A model generated the notes under the pieces. The model worked only from the letters and a program-made list of their open reading frames with translations. It did no database searches and was not told the origin of the DNA. Of a DNA stretch of 64,000 bases, positions 38,432-48,077 are shown piece by piece. The stretch covers positions 1,920,001-1,984,000 of the forward strand of contig CBDHHL010000056.1 of assembly GCA_965263355.1 (NCBI GenBank), read 5' to 3'. Origin of the DNA: Leptolyngbyaceae cyanobacterium (GTDB lineage: Bacteria; Cyanobacteriota; Cyanobacteriia; Phormidesmidales; Phormidesmidaceae). Position 1 is the stretch's first letter, and every line of letters begins with the position of its first letter. Both the position numbers and the translations under genes were made by a program.

Positions 38432-39097
38432 GTGATTTCCAACCTATTCGCTCAATTCCGCCATCAATATGCCAATGGCAGTTTGACCACCGAACTACTG
38501 ATGCATCACGCTGAGCAATACCTTGTTAAAGCAACTGTGACCCTTGGAGAACAGGTGGTGGCCACAGCATTAGCTGCCGACCAGAACTTGACTGTAGCAG
38601 ACGATCAGGCTAAGGCCAGAGTTCTTGCCATGTTAGGCTTTGAGGCTGCCGCATCGGTTCAACCATCAACCCTCCAACCACCACAGCAGGTCCCTGTCAC
38701 CAATACTAACGGTAGTGCATCTGATACCAATATTAGTGCGTCTGATGATGTAACGTCTGTCACCTCTGCAAAACTGCCTCAGACGACAGATAACGAAGAT
38801 ATTGGTCGTCCCATCGATAGTTTTACGCCCGATGAAGCACCTGCTCCATCTCAGGTTCCAGCGTCATCCTTGGCTGCCCCTACCCTAGAAAGCTTTGACG
38901 ACAGCCATCCGGTAGATTTGTCAGATATCATTGCTCAAACAGATGTAGAAATGGCCCGTCTGGGTTGGAGCAATGTTCAAGGGCGTACCTACTTGGAGAA
39001 GACATTTAACAAACGTTCCCGCCAGCAACTAACAGATGAAGAACTACTGACGTTTTTGCTCTATCTAGAATCCCAGACAACGCCAACTATGGATTAG
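38432..39097 (+). CDS. Conserved cyanobacterial hypothetical protein
   Basis: FR..Y..GSL..EL N-domain, disordered linker, DLSDIIAQTDVEM.RLGW...KRSRQQLTDEEL. Confidence 0.8.
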   Translation: MISNLFAQFRHQYANGSLTTELLMHHAEQYLVKATVTLGEQVVATALAADQNLTVADDQAKARVLAMLGFEAAASVQPSTLQPPQQVPVTNTNGSASDTNISASDDVTSVTSAKLPQTTDNEDIGRPIDSFTPDEAPAPSQVPASSLAAPTLESFDDSHPVDLSDIIAQTDVEMARLGWSNVQGRTYLEKTFNKRSRQQLTDEELLTFLLYLESQTTPTMD

Positions 39098-39102
39098 CAC
39101 AC

Positions 39103-39705
39103 TTATACAATGGTAGGTCGGCCACCGATAGCATGACGATCAATCACCTGGTCAATCAAACCATACTCAACCGCCTCGTTGGGGGACATAAAGAAATCGC
39201 GCTCAGTATCTTCAGTAATGCGCTCAATGGGTTGTCCAGTGTGAGCGGCCAGGGCATCATTCAAGGTTTTCTTGATGTAAAGAATTTCCTTGGCCTGAAT
39301 TTCAATATCAGTGGCTTGACCTTGGGCTCCCCCTAATGGTTGGTGAATCATAATCCGGGAGTTAGGCAGGCTCATCCGTTTGCCTTTGGTACCTGCACTT
39401 AGCAAAAAGGCTCCCATACTAGCGGCCAGCCCAACACAGATGGTAGAAACATCGGGCTTAATATGATTCATTGTGTCAAAGATGCCGAGACCGTCATATA
39501 CCGAACCACCGGGGGAATTGATATACAAATAGATATCTTTTTCCGGGTCCTCGGCTTCTAGAAACAGCATCTGCGCCACAATCAGGTTTGCTGACTCAGC
39601 GGTTACCTGCTGCCCTAGAAAAACAATGCGTTCCCTTAGAAGGCGGGAGTAAATGTCAAAGGCGCGTTCACCGCGACCCGACTGCTCAATAACGGTAGGA
39701 ATCAT
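39103..39705 (-). CDS. clpP: ATP-dependent Clp protease proteolytic subunit
   Basis: [27 protein letters not shown]. Confidence 0.97.
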   Translation of the reverse strand: MIPTVIEQSGRGERAFDIYSRLLRERIVFLGQQVTAESANLIVAQMLFLEAEDPEKDIYLYINSPGGSVYDGLGIFDTMNHIKPDVSTICVGLAASMGAFLLSAGTKGKRMSLPNSRIMIHQPLGGAQGQATDIEIQAKEILYIKKTLNDALAAHTGQPIERITEDTERDFFMSPNEAVEYGLIDQVIDRHAIGGRPTIV

Positions 39706-39867
39706 AAAGGCCTAAGCGTATGGGTTCTCTTCTTACTGTTAACGATTGTACAGACTCACTCAGGCTAATGGGGGAGTGCGGATAACCGACTTGGACCTGC
39801 TTTCACCCGACTCATCCGACCAATCAGACACAGAATTCACAGAATTGAGAACACGCATCAACAATAC

Positions 39868-40034
39868 AAAGGTGCAGGTATGACATGTGCACCAGCTATC
39901 GGCTGGTAACTCAGCGCCATCAAGGTCAGTTATCTTGCTAATTAACCTCAGGCCAAGAAACCGAATTTACGATTCAGATTCCGGTTCAACCAGCTAGTGC
40001 AGCATCAAAGCTAAAAACTCAGGTTGGTTACTGA
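39868..40034 (+). pseudogene. Remnant of histidine-kinase HATPase C-terminus
   Basis: KGAGM (frameshift) TSYRLVTQRHQGQLSC*LTSGQETEFTIQIPVQ matches G2 box/terminal strand pattern; in-frame TAA 39939-39941. Confidence 0.65.
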
Positions 40035-40038
40035 TGAA

Positions 40039-40099
40039 GTGAGACGGGTAAAGAGTGACTCTCCAGCCCTTTATAATCTTTACTCTTTACCCGTCTCAC
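40039..40099. terminator. Long inverted repeat, probably bidirectional terminator
   Basis: GTGAGACGGGTAAAGAGT (40039-56) / ACTCTTTACCCGTCTCAC (40082-99), perfect 18 bp. Confidence 0.65.
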
Positions 40100-40131
40100 C
40101 CGCAATGTTAGGTCTGACAGACCAATAGCGT

Positions 40132-40539
40132 TTAATCGGGCTCAAATGGTTGAAACCACTGCTGCTTCAGTCCCCAGTCCAACACTAAGCGGATCCCCAG
40201 AAATAGACCAAAGCTTTCAGCAATGGGGGCTGCCAATGCCAATAACTCAGAAAAAACGAAGCTGTTTGGGGACATACTTTCTAGCTGACCTAGGCTGCGT
40301 GTCAGGGCAAAGGCCCCCACAACACCACTTTTGAGATGGGGATTAGAGTCATTGCGGATAATATAGCGGTAGGTGACACCAAATAAAAAGGCAGAAACAG
40401 TAGCTACAGCGATATGTAAAACGTAGGCATTTGAGTTGAGTAAGCTAGGGCGCAATCCAAGCAATAAAGTACCCAAGCTAGTGCCCGTAAGTGCTGCCAC
40501 ACCGCCAGCCTTAATTGACTCAATCCGTTCTTGATCCAT
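40132..40539 (-). CDS. Conserved cyanobacterial membrane protein
   Basis: ERIESIKAG, LFGVTYRYIIR...NPHLKSG. Confidence 0.8.
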   Translation of the reverse strand: MDQERIESIKAGGVAALTGTSLGTLLLGLRPSLLNSNAYVLHIAVATVSAFLFGVTYRYIIRNDSNPHLKSGVVGAFALTRSLGQLESMSPNSFVFSELLALAAPIAESFGLFLGIRLVLDWGLKQQWFQPFEPD

Positions 40540-40663
40540 GGTGTTGGTATCTGTTCTGCGTCAATTTTTCCATCACCCAAAAATCAGGCGTTAATCTACC
40601 GTATGATAAAGACAGCCGGTTAAGCGGCAATTTTAATTTAGTAAACAACGCACGTTAGGCGAT

Positions 40664-40753
40664 ATGGACATTTTGACACTCGGTTGGGTTGCATTGCTGG
40701 CTTTCTTTAGCTTCTCCATCTCGATGGTAATTTGGGGTCGCAACGGTTTCTAA
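40664..40753 (+). CDS. petN: Cytochrome b6f subunit VIII PetN (absent from the ORF track)
   Basis: Translates [29 protein letters not shown]. Confidence 0.96.
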   Translation: MDILTLGWVALLAFFSFSISMVIWGRNGF

Positions 40754-40770
40754 CATACTGGTTTTAGTCA

Positions 40771-40965
40771 ATGACAGGTGAATTAGCAGCCCAAGCTTAT
40801 AGCATCTTAGCTATATCGGCGATGTTGCTTTTAGTTTTAGTAACTGGGGGTGTGATTTATTTAACGGCAATTGAGTGGCAAGACAAGCGTAAGCGCACTC
40901 AGGAAGCTTTGGATAATCGCGTACCTGTAAGCAAACGTAAAGGCAAACACAAGAGCAAAAAGTAG
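40771..40965 (+). CDS. Small single-TM protein downstream of petN
   Basis: VTGGVIYLTAIEWQDKR plus basic tail. Confidence 0.75.
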   Translation: MTGELAAQAYSILAISAMLLLVLVTGGVIYLTAIEWQDKRKRTQEALDNRVPVSKRKGKHKSKK

Positions 40966-40967
40966 TT

Positions 40968-42305
40968 TTGATATCGGCGCGACAGCTAGCCTTTACAGTA
41001 CTTAGAGAAATTGATAAAGGTGCATTTGCCGATGTTGCCCTAGAGCGTAATATCGGCAAATTTATATTATCTGCCGCCGATAGGAGATTGGCGACCGAAT
41101 TGATTTACGGTACCGTGCGACGACAGCGCACGCTGGATGCATTAATTGATCAACTGGGTAAACGCAGTGCAGCTCAACAACCTGCGGACCTACGACGGAT
41201 TTTACATATCGGGTTTTATCAGCTGCGATACCTGGATAATGTACCCAATCATGCTGTTGTAGATACAACAGTTCAACTTGCGAAACAACAGCGTTTAGGC
41301 AAGCTCAGTGGTGTGGTAAACGGCATGCTGCGACACTATATTCGCCTGCAGGATACAGGTGATCCACTGCGATTGCCGGTTGATCAAACGCAGTCTTTGG
41401 GAATTTTACATAGTTATCCCGACTGGATTATTCAGGCTTGGGAACAATTGCTACCTGCAGGCGATGTCGCCAGTCTATGTGAGTGGTTTAATCAAACACC
41501 AAAAATTGATTTGCGGGTCAATCCTTTGCAAACAACGCTTGAGCAGGTAGCTTCAGCCCTAACAGACCATGGGTTAACGGTAACCCCCCACTTGACTATT
41601 CCAAATGCGCTCAGAATTGTGGGGCCAACGGGTAACGTACGACAGCTGCCAGGTTATGGGGAAGGCTGGTGGATGGTTCAGGATAGCAGTGCTCAGTTAG
41701 TTAGTTATTTGGTGGATCCACAGCCTGGGGAAACCATTATTGATGCTTGCGCGGCTCCCGGTGGGAAAACGGCCCATATGGCAGAAATAATGGGGGATCA
41801 GGGGAGGGTGTTGGCATGCGATCGCACCTCCTCCCGTCTTAATAAGATCCGCCAAAACGCTAAACGGCTTCAGCTCAGCAGCATTACAACAGTTATGGGC
41901 GATAGCCGCAATCATCGTGAGTTTAAGGGCATCGCTGATCGTGTACTTCTGGATGTGCCCTGCTCAGGCTTAGGTACTCTACACCGTCATGCAGATGCCC
42001 GCTGGCGACAAACACCAAAGTCTATTAACAAACTAACCACCCTGCAGCGAGAACTTCTTGAGGCAGCTGTAGGGTGGGTCAAACCTGGTGGTGTGATGGT
42101 CTACTCTACCTGTACTCTACACCCTGATGAGAATCAAAATGTCATTCAAGCATTTTTGGCTGAGCATACTGACTGGCAAATTCAATCACCTGAGACGACT
42201 GCACCAGTTTTTCCCTTTGCACAGGAACCAGGTTGGAGTACGGTTTGGCCTCATCAACAGGATATGGATGGCTTTTTTATGGTGAAGCTACAACATGTCA
42301 GCTAA
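40968..42305 (+). CDS. rsmB: 16S rRNA m5C967 methyltransferase RsmB/Sun
   Basis: NusB-like N-domain, DACAAPGGKT, DVPCSG, YSTCT, DGFF. Confidence 0.95.
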   Translation: MISARQLAFTVLREIDKGAFADVALERNIGKFILSAADRRLATELIYGTVRRQRTLDALIDQLGKRSAAQQPADLRRILHIGFYQLRYLDNVPNHAVVDTTVQLAKQQRLGKLSGVVNGMLRHYIRLQDTGDPLRLPVDQTQSLGILHSYPDWIIQAWEQLLPAGDVASLCEWFNQTPKIDLRVNPLQTTLEQVASALTDHGLTVTPHLTIPNALRIVGPTGNVRQLPGYGEGWWMVQDSSAQLVSYLVDPQPGETIIDACAAPGGKTAHMAEIMGDQGRVLACDRTSSRLNKIRQNAKRLQLSSITTVMGDSRNHREFKGIADRVLLDVPCSGLGTLHRHADARWRQTPKSINKLTTLQRELLEAAVGWVKPGGVMVYSTCTLHPDENQNVIQAFLAEHTDWQIQSPETTAPVFPFAQEPGWSTVWPHQQDMDGFFMVKLQHVS

Positions 42306-42788
42306 GTATTTTAGCTTCACTGTCAGAACAAATACTTTTCCCGGTTCTTATGTAAACAGCCGTGCTTCCCACTGCCTATGGTTCTTCAATGGTTGAATGT
42401 ACGGAAAGATAGCTCAATAGGTAGAGTCAAGATGTCGTGTTATTACTCTTATTCCAAGTAACGTACGCGCTGAATGTCTTATAGAAAATTCTGTTTAATC
42501 GCAACAGATACTAAATTTAGACGCCAATATCGATTTACTGAACCCAAAAACTGTTATTAAATCCTCTATTGCACAGTAATGATCCTGATAAAAAAGACAG
42601 ACAAACTGCTTGAACTAGGGTTAAGTATATACTTCTTGATTTCTCTTGAAGCTTAGATAAGAACCTATCAATCACCCTGGCTATCGAGAATTAGTTAAGC
42701 CATTGTAAGAACAACAAATGCATTGTGCGTAGTTGTTTTGCAAGCAAGCATTTATTTACATTGGACTTGGTTAGGAAGAGAGAAGAGT

Positions 42789-43529
42789 ATGAACACAAAG
42801 AGCCTATTGGCGTGCATCATAGGTGCTGCTGTTGTTGGTTTGGGGCTAGCCAATCCTGCTCAAGCCGATTTGATAAACTATAACTTTGAAGAAGGGAATG
42901 GTCTGCCATCATTGGATGATGTCAAGAATGATTGGCGAGATGATTATAAGTTTTTGAAGGAATCTGATGTGCCTGGTTGGCAAACCACTGATAGTCATAT
43001 TGAGATTTGGGAAAGTGGTTTTCTAGGTGTAGAAGCCGCTGACGGCAATTATTTCGCTGAAATCAATGCCCATAACTTTGGTAGTTTATTTCAAGAAGTA
43101 TCCGATATTGGTGCTGGTCAGCGGATGGGCTTCTCCTTTTTTCACCGTGCTCGCCAGGGTACCGATGTGATGAACTTGGCCATTACAGATCTAGGATTAG
43201 ATAATGTGTTTGGTACCTTAGACGATACAGTTCTGTTTACCAAAAACTATTCCGCAACAACGGAAGCATGGGTACAGAATACTAGCGAGAACGAAGATGC
43301 CATTATTACCCTGGGTAACAACATGCGCTTTGCTTATACAGCCGTATCTACTGGTTCTGGCAATAAATCTGTAGGAAATTTTCTGGATGTAGCTAATTTT
43401 GGCCTTGCGTCAGAAATCACTCCCGATGCTGATCCTCAAGACGTACCTGAGCCTGTTTCTGCACTTGCAATTTTCGCTATTGGTGCACTCTCGGTAGGGG
43501 GTACTTTGAATAAGAAGCAAGCTCATTAA
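42789..43529 (+). CDS. PEP-CTERM sorting-domain protein
   Basis: Signal peptide, VPEP + TM + basic tail. Confidence 0.88.
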   Translation: MNTKSLLACIIGAAVVGLGLANPAQADLINYNFEEGNGLPSLDDVKNDWRDDYKFLKESDVPGWQTTDSHIEIWESGFLGVEAADGNYFAEINAHNFGSLFQEVSDIGAGQRMGFSFFHRARQGTDVMNLAITDLGLDNVFGTLDDTVLFTKNYSATTEAWVQNTSENEDAIITLGNNMRFAYTAVSTGSGNKSVGNFLDVANFGLASEITPDADPQDVPEPVSALAIFAIGALSVGGTLNKKQAH

Positions 43530-43572
43530 ATCCATGTTGTGAAGCCTCTCAACCCTTTTCTCATGTAAATAG

Positions 43573-43600
43573 TCCCCGTAGACGTTTGAGTCTGCGGGGA
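43573..43600. terminator. Terminator hairpin
   Basis: TCCCCGTAGAC-GTTTGA-GTCTGCGGGGA followed by TTTT. Confidence 0.75.
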
Positions 43601-43627
43601 TTTTAAGTGTTCAGTAACTATGATGTT

Positions 43628-43924
43628 TTACTGTTTGAAAGGATCGTATTCTGCCAACAATCTTTCTAATTTAGCTTCATCAATGCGGCTAATCATGCGC
43701 TTGGCTTCTTCTTGATCGCGAATTGTTTTAGATAAACTGACAGTCGAGCCCACTGAGAAGAGTAGTCCCATGCCCAGATAGCCTTTGAGCCAGGCATTGG
43801 CGGGTAAATAGACAATACCAATGGCAGTGGCAGAAATAGAAACAACAAACGATAGCCAGGTTTGGGCTATCCAGGCCGTGGTGTGGCTAGTGGGTGCGTT
43901 AAATTTCTTTACTGTTGTCGTCAT
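43628..43924 (-). CDS. YiaA/YiaB family membrane protein
   Basis: Two TMs, KGYLGMG, SKTIRD..E. Confidence 0.85.
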   Translation of the reverse strand: MTTTVKKFNAPTSHTTAWIAQTWLSFVVSISATAIGIVYLPANAWLKGYLGMGLLFSVGSTVSLSKTIRDQEEAKRMISRIDEAKLERLLAEYDPFKQ

Positions 43925-44062
43925 GGAGAATTTCCTTGGAACTGTGCATGGTTTTAGTATCTTCAATAAAACGATGAAGATGCCATGAGAGGGATCCAAG
44001 GAAACTCAGCCATCGGAAACAGGGCGTTTAGGGGCGAAGTAACCCGAAGTAAGCCGTTAAAT

Positions 44063-44090
44063 TAAACTATGTCCACGTGCAGAATGCAGT
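44063..44090 (+). repeat. Partial left end of the 73-bp repeat
   Basis: TAAACTATGTCCACGTGCAGAA similar to the start of 25468. Confidence 0.5.
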
Positions 44091-44133
44091 TGTATCGTAA
44101 AGGCAACCCCAGATTGGACCTTGGGGCTATGGT

Positions 44134-45537
44134 TTAGTTGCGGGCAACACCTGCATCACGGGCAGCTTGCTTTACAGCCCCAGCAACGGCGGTGGCGACC
44201 CGAGGATCAAATACTGAGGGGATAATGTGGTCAGGGCGTAGTTCGTTATCGGGGATAAGCGTTGAGATAGCATGGGCCGCCTGTAAAAACATACCGGTGG
44301 TCATGGCCTCTGCTTGGCAGTCAATGGCACCGCGTAACAATCCAGGAAATGCCAATACGTTATTAATTTGGTTGGCATAATCACTACGTCCTGTGGCCAT
44401 AACAGCGACAATGCCATCCAGCAGTTCCGGCTGGATTTCAGGCACCGGGTTAGCCATGGCAAAGACAATGGGGTCCTTGGCCATGGATTGCACCATGTCT
44501 ACGGTGACCACACCGGGGGCACTCACTCCCATAAAGACATCGGCACCTACCATGGCATCGGCCAGGGTACCGCTTTGATCGACGACAAATTCTTGTTTAC
44601 GGGGGTTTAGGTCGGTGCGATCGCGACTAATAATACCCTTGGAATCACACACTGTAATATAGTTTACTCCGGCCTTCCTAAACAGTCTTGCCATGGCCAG
44701 CCCTGCCGCACCAGCCCCATTAATCACTAATTTAATTTCACCCATCTGGGGTTCTTTGCCCACCACTTTCAGCGCATTCACCAAAGCCGCCAGACTGACG
44801 ATGGCTGTTCCATGCTGATCGTCATGGAAGATAGGAATATCCAGCTCTTTTTGCAATCTTGCTTCAATCTCAAAACAACGAGGAGCGCTGATATCCTCTA
44901 GATTGATACCACCAAATACAGGCGCAATGCGTTTGACCGTCTCAACGATCTCATCGGTGTCCTGGGTGTCTAAACAAATGGGAAATCCATCCAACCCAGC
45001 AAATTCTTTAAACAGCATCGCCTTGCCTTCCATCACCGGCAACGCCCCTGCCGGACCTAAATTTCCCAGTCCCAGCACCGCACTGCCATCTGTGATGATA
45101 GCCACCGTATTGGATTTTATAGTCAGGTCGTATACCCGTTCTGGATGCTTGGCAATTTCAGAACATACCCGCCCCACACCAGGCGTATAGGCCATGGCCA
45201 GATCCTCCTGGCTACGTATCGGGGCCTTACACTCCATACGAATTTTGCCACCTTCATGGAGTTTAAAGGTACGGTCATGGACATTGACTATTTCAATGTA
45301 CTCAAGGGCACGGATAGCCTTAACAATTTCGTCAGCATGTTCGGCACTAGCAGCATCAACGCTGACATCTCGGGTAACATTGGCTCGACACCGTTCTACG
45401 ACATCGATATCGCCCAAATTCCCCCCTGCTTCTGCGATTGCCTGGGTAACCCTAGCTAACATACCTGCCTGGTTGGGCACATGCATACGAATGGTTAAAC
45501 TATAACTAGGGTTCGGTGTCAAACTGACCATTTTCAA
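44134..45537 (-). CDS. Malic enzyme with N-terminal ACT domain
   Basis: AYTPGV, MEGKA, NLEDI, HDDQHGTA, GAGAAG, NNVLAFPG. Confidence 0.95.
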   Translation of the reverse strand: MKMVSLTPNPSYSLTIRMHVPNQAGMLARVTQAIAEAGGNLGDIDVVERCRANVTRDVSVDAASAEHADEIVKAIRALEYIEIVNVHDRTFKLHEGGKIRMECKAPIRSQEDLAMAYTPGVGRVCSEIAKHPERVYDLTIKSNTVAIITDGSAVLGLGNLGPAGALPVMEGKAMLFKEFAGLDGFPICLDTQDTDEIVETVKRIAPVFGGINLEDISAPRCFEIEARLQKELDIPIFHDDQHGTAIVSLAALVNALKVVGKEPQMGEIKLVINGAGAAGLAMARLFRKAGVNYITVCDSKGIISRDRTDLNPRKQEFVVDQSGTLADAMVGADVFMGVSAPGVVTVDMVQSMAKDPIVFAMANPVPEIQPELLDGIVAVMATGRSDYANQINNVLAFPGLLRGAIDCQAEAMTTGMFLQAAHAISTLIPDNELRPDHIIPSVFDPRVATAVAGAVKQAARDAGVARN

Positions 45538-45688
45538 AACCTCAGATAAGGGGAATGGGTGTGTAGTAAAAAAATGTTAAGGCCTGACGGCACCATACTG
45601 CGACCCTTGGAATCATCCAAATAAAAAGCGTTCAAAAAATAATCCTCCGTAGGGCATTGCGTGCTCCTACATGTCCCCCTAACAACCA

Positions 45689-46441
45689 TTGCTCCTGCCA
45701 ATTATGCCTAGCCTTTACGCTGAAATCGAAATCGATGCCCCTGCCATGCATGTGTGGGATGCCCTGGTGCGCAAGGAAGACTGGCGCTATTGGAATACCT
45801 TTCTGTACGATTGTGATCCACGCTCAAACTTTATGTTAGGTCGGGAAGTTTTTCTGGCCATGCAACGGATTGAAGGGGATGCCGATACGGAATTTCAACC
45901 AGTGATAACTACACTGCGCCCTGGTAGCTGTCTGCGGTGGGTGTCGAAAATTCCAGGATTAAAAACAGAGCATTCGTTTGAAATGCAGGAAATTACTCCA
46001 GGACGTACGCGCTATTTGCATCGCGATATTTTTATCGGACCGTTATCGGGGGTATTTCTGCCGTTTATTCGCGACGATGAACGAGATGGCCTGCGACGGA
46101 TGGCGTTTCAGCTAAAGCGTTATGTGGAGAGCGGTGGTCAGCCCCAGCGGGATCCCTATGGGAGTCCTTATGGTAGAAACTATCGAGATACCTATGATCG
46201 GGGCTATGACGATCGCCGATATGACGATCGAGGCTATGGTCGCGGGTATCAGGATCGGGGCTATCAGGATCAAGGCTATGGTCGTGGGTATCAAGATCAA
46301 GGCAATGACCGACGATATCAGGGTCAGGGCTATGATGATCGTGGATATGGAGAACGAGGGCGCGATCGCAACTACCCAGATCGTGATTATCCAGACCGCA
46401 ACTACCGCGATGATCAAGGCTACCGTGACGAGCGATGGTAG
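45689..46441 (+). CDS. SRPBCC domain protein with R/G/Y/D/Q repeat tail
   Basis: EIEIDAP..VW..L...W..WN; C-terminal (D)RGY/QGY repeats. Confidence 0.85.
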   Translation: MLLPIMPSLYAEIEIDAPAMHVWDALVRKEDWRYWNTFLYDCDPRSNFMLGREVFLAMQRIEGDADTEFQPVITTLRPGSCLRWVSKIPGLKTEHSFEMQEITPGRTRYLHRDIFIGPLSGVFLPFIRDDERDGLRRMAFQLKRYVESGGQPQRDPYGSPYGRNYRDTYDRGYDDRRYDDRGYGRGYQDRGYQDQGYGRGYQDQGNDRRYQGQGYDDRGYGERGRDRNYPDRDYPDRNYRDDQGYRDERW

Positions 46442-46571
46442 CTAATAGCCATCAATAGATGCAGTCACCTTTAAAGCCTGATGGTGAGAATTGATGCCTG
46501 AGTACTCCATCAACGGATTATTTTGAATTACTTGCAATAAAGAAAACGCGTCTGAATGCCCCACAGCATCA

Positions 46572-47549
46572 CTAGCGTTGTATTTCTACAGCTGCATTGT
46601 AGATCGCCTCATTTGCACGGACTGATTTCTCCAGATCTACTATTGGGTTGGGATAGTCTACGCCAAGCCTGATGTGGCACTGCTTTTGTTCGTCTGCATC
46701 CAGCTGCCAGGGACTATGGATTTTCTTACGTGGTAGTTTTTGTAATTCTGGTAGCCAATGTTTAACATACCTACCGTCGGGGTCATAATCCTTAGACTGC
46801 TTAGGAATATTGAAATATCGAAATCCTCGGGAGTCATTGCCAACACCAGCTGTATAGTTCCAATTGCCCCAGTTGCTGCAGACGTCATAGTCTACGAGCA
46901 ACGATTCAAACCATTCTGCCCCCATACGCCAGTCGATACCAAGGTTTTTAGTTAAAAAACTGGCCACATTTTGTCGTCCCCGGTTTGACATAAAACCAGT
47001 GGCAGCTAACTCACGCATATTGGCATCCACGAGCGGATAGCCTGTTTCTCCACGGGTCCACAGTTCAAATCGTGGCCAATCTTGTTTCCATGCCATGCGC
47101 AGTCCTCGGAGTCCCGAAGGATAAAAAACAGTGTCACCATACTTAGCACAGGTGAATCGAAAAAAGTCTCGCCACAGTAATTCAAATATAAGCCAGTAGG
47201 TGGAATCATTACGTACACGCTCAGCTTCATAGATGCCGACTTCCCTATAGATGTAACGAGGTGAAAGACAACCTAAGGCTAGCCAAGGAGAAAATTTAGA
47301 TGAGTAATCTGCCCCGAGCATGCCATTACGAGTTTGCTTGTAGACTCGTAACCTATCAACATCCCAAAAGTAGTGCTTTAAACGATTGATTGCCTCAGTC
47401 TCACCACCTTTGAAGGCAAGTACACCACGCGAGTCGAGCACTCTTTTTTCCAACCCTAGTGCTGCTAATGTAGGCAGTTCACCTGGGTTAATTTCAGGCA
47501 ATGGAGAGAATGCCTTAGGTGTGGCAAAGGGGGGATAGAATGTTAACAA
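46572..47549 (-). pseudogene. 5'-truncated cryptochrome DASH (FAD-binding part only)
   Basis: [50 protein letters not shown]-terminal photolyase domain absent, TTG start. Confidence 0.8.
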
Positions 47550-47582
47550 TTTATTCTCATACTAGAAAGGAATATATTTTTG

Positions 47583-48038
47583 ATGGCGATTAAGGTGGGT
47601 GACACAGCTCCTGATTTTACATTACAGTCCCAAACAGGAGAATCGATAACGCTATCTAGCTACAGAGAACAGAAGGCAGTAGTGCTGTACTTTTATCCAA
47701 AGGATGACACACCAGGCTGCACCAAAGAGTCCTGTACATTCCGTGATAGCTTCCAAGACTTTCAAGGCCTAGGTGCTGAAGTAATTGGTATTAGTAGTGA
47801 CTCTCCAGACTCTCATCAGAAGTTTGCCAGTAAGTACAGCTTGCCTTTCACCTTGGTAAGTGACACTAATTCGGATGTTCGTAAGGCGTATGGTGTGCCT
47901 GCCACCCTGGGGTTGTTGCCTGGTCGGGTTACCTATGTGATTGATAAAACTGGAACTGTTCGTCACATGTTTAACTCTCAGTTCAATCCCAAAAAGCATG
48001 TTGACGAAGCGCTAACTGTCTTGAAGGGACTGACTTAA
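47583..48038 (+). CDS. bcp: Peroxiredoxin BCP/PrxQ
   Basis: YFYPKDDTPGCTKESC, GRVTYVID. Confidence 0.92.
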   Translation: MAIKVGDTAPDFTLQSQTGESITLSSYREQKAVVLYFYPKDDTPGCTKESCTFRDSFQDFQGLGAEVIGISSDSPDSHQKFASKYSLPFTLVSDTNSDVRKAYGVPATLGLLPGRVTYVIDKTGTVRHMFNSQFNPKKHVDEALTVLKGLT

Positions 48039-48077
48039 TTACGTAATCTCAGTTAGCCATCAGATCTGGTGCAGTCT

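Noticed and set aside
44138..45505. Several plus-strand ORFs opposite malic enzyme
   Set aside because: Antisense shadows of a well-conserved gene; the same applies to similar shadows over pilT, pilC, the ABC genes and the cyclase
46112..46445. Possible CRISPR array, or the Ile-rich ORFs in alternative frames
   Set aside because: Units are short, degenerate and lack spacers; they are explained by the coding repeat tail of the SRPBCC gene
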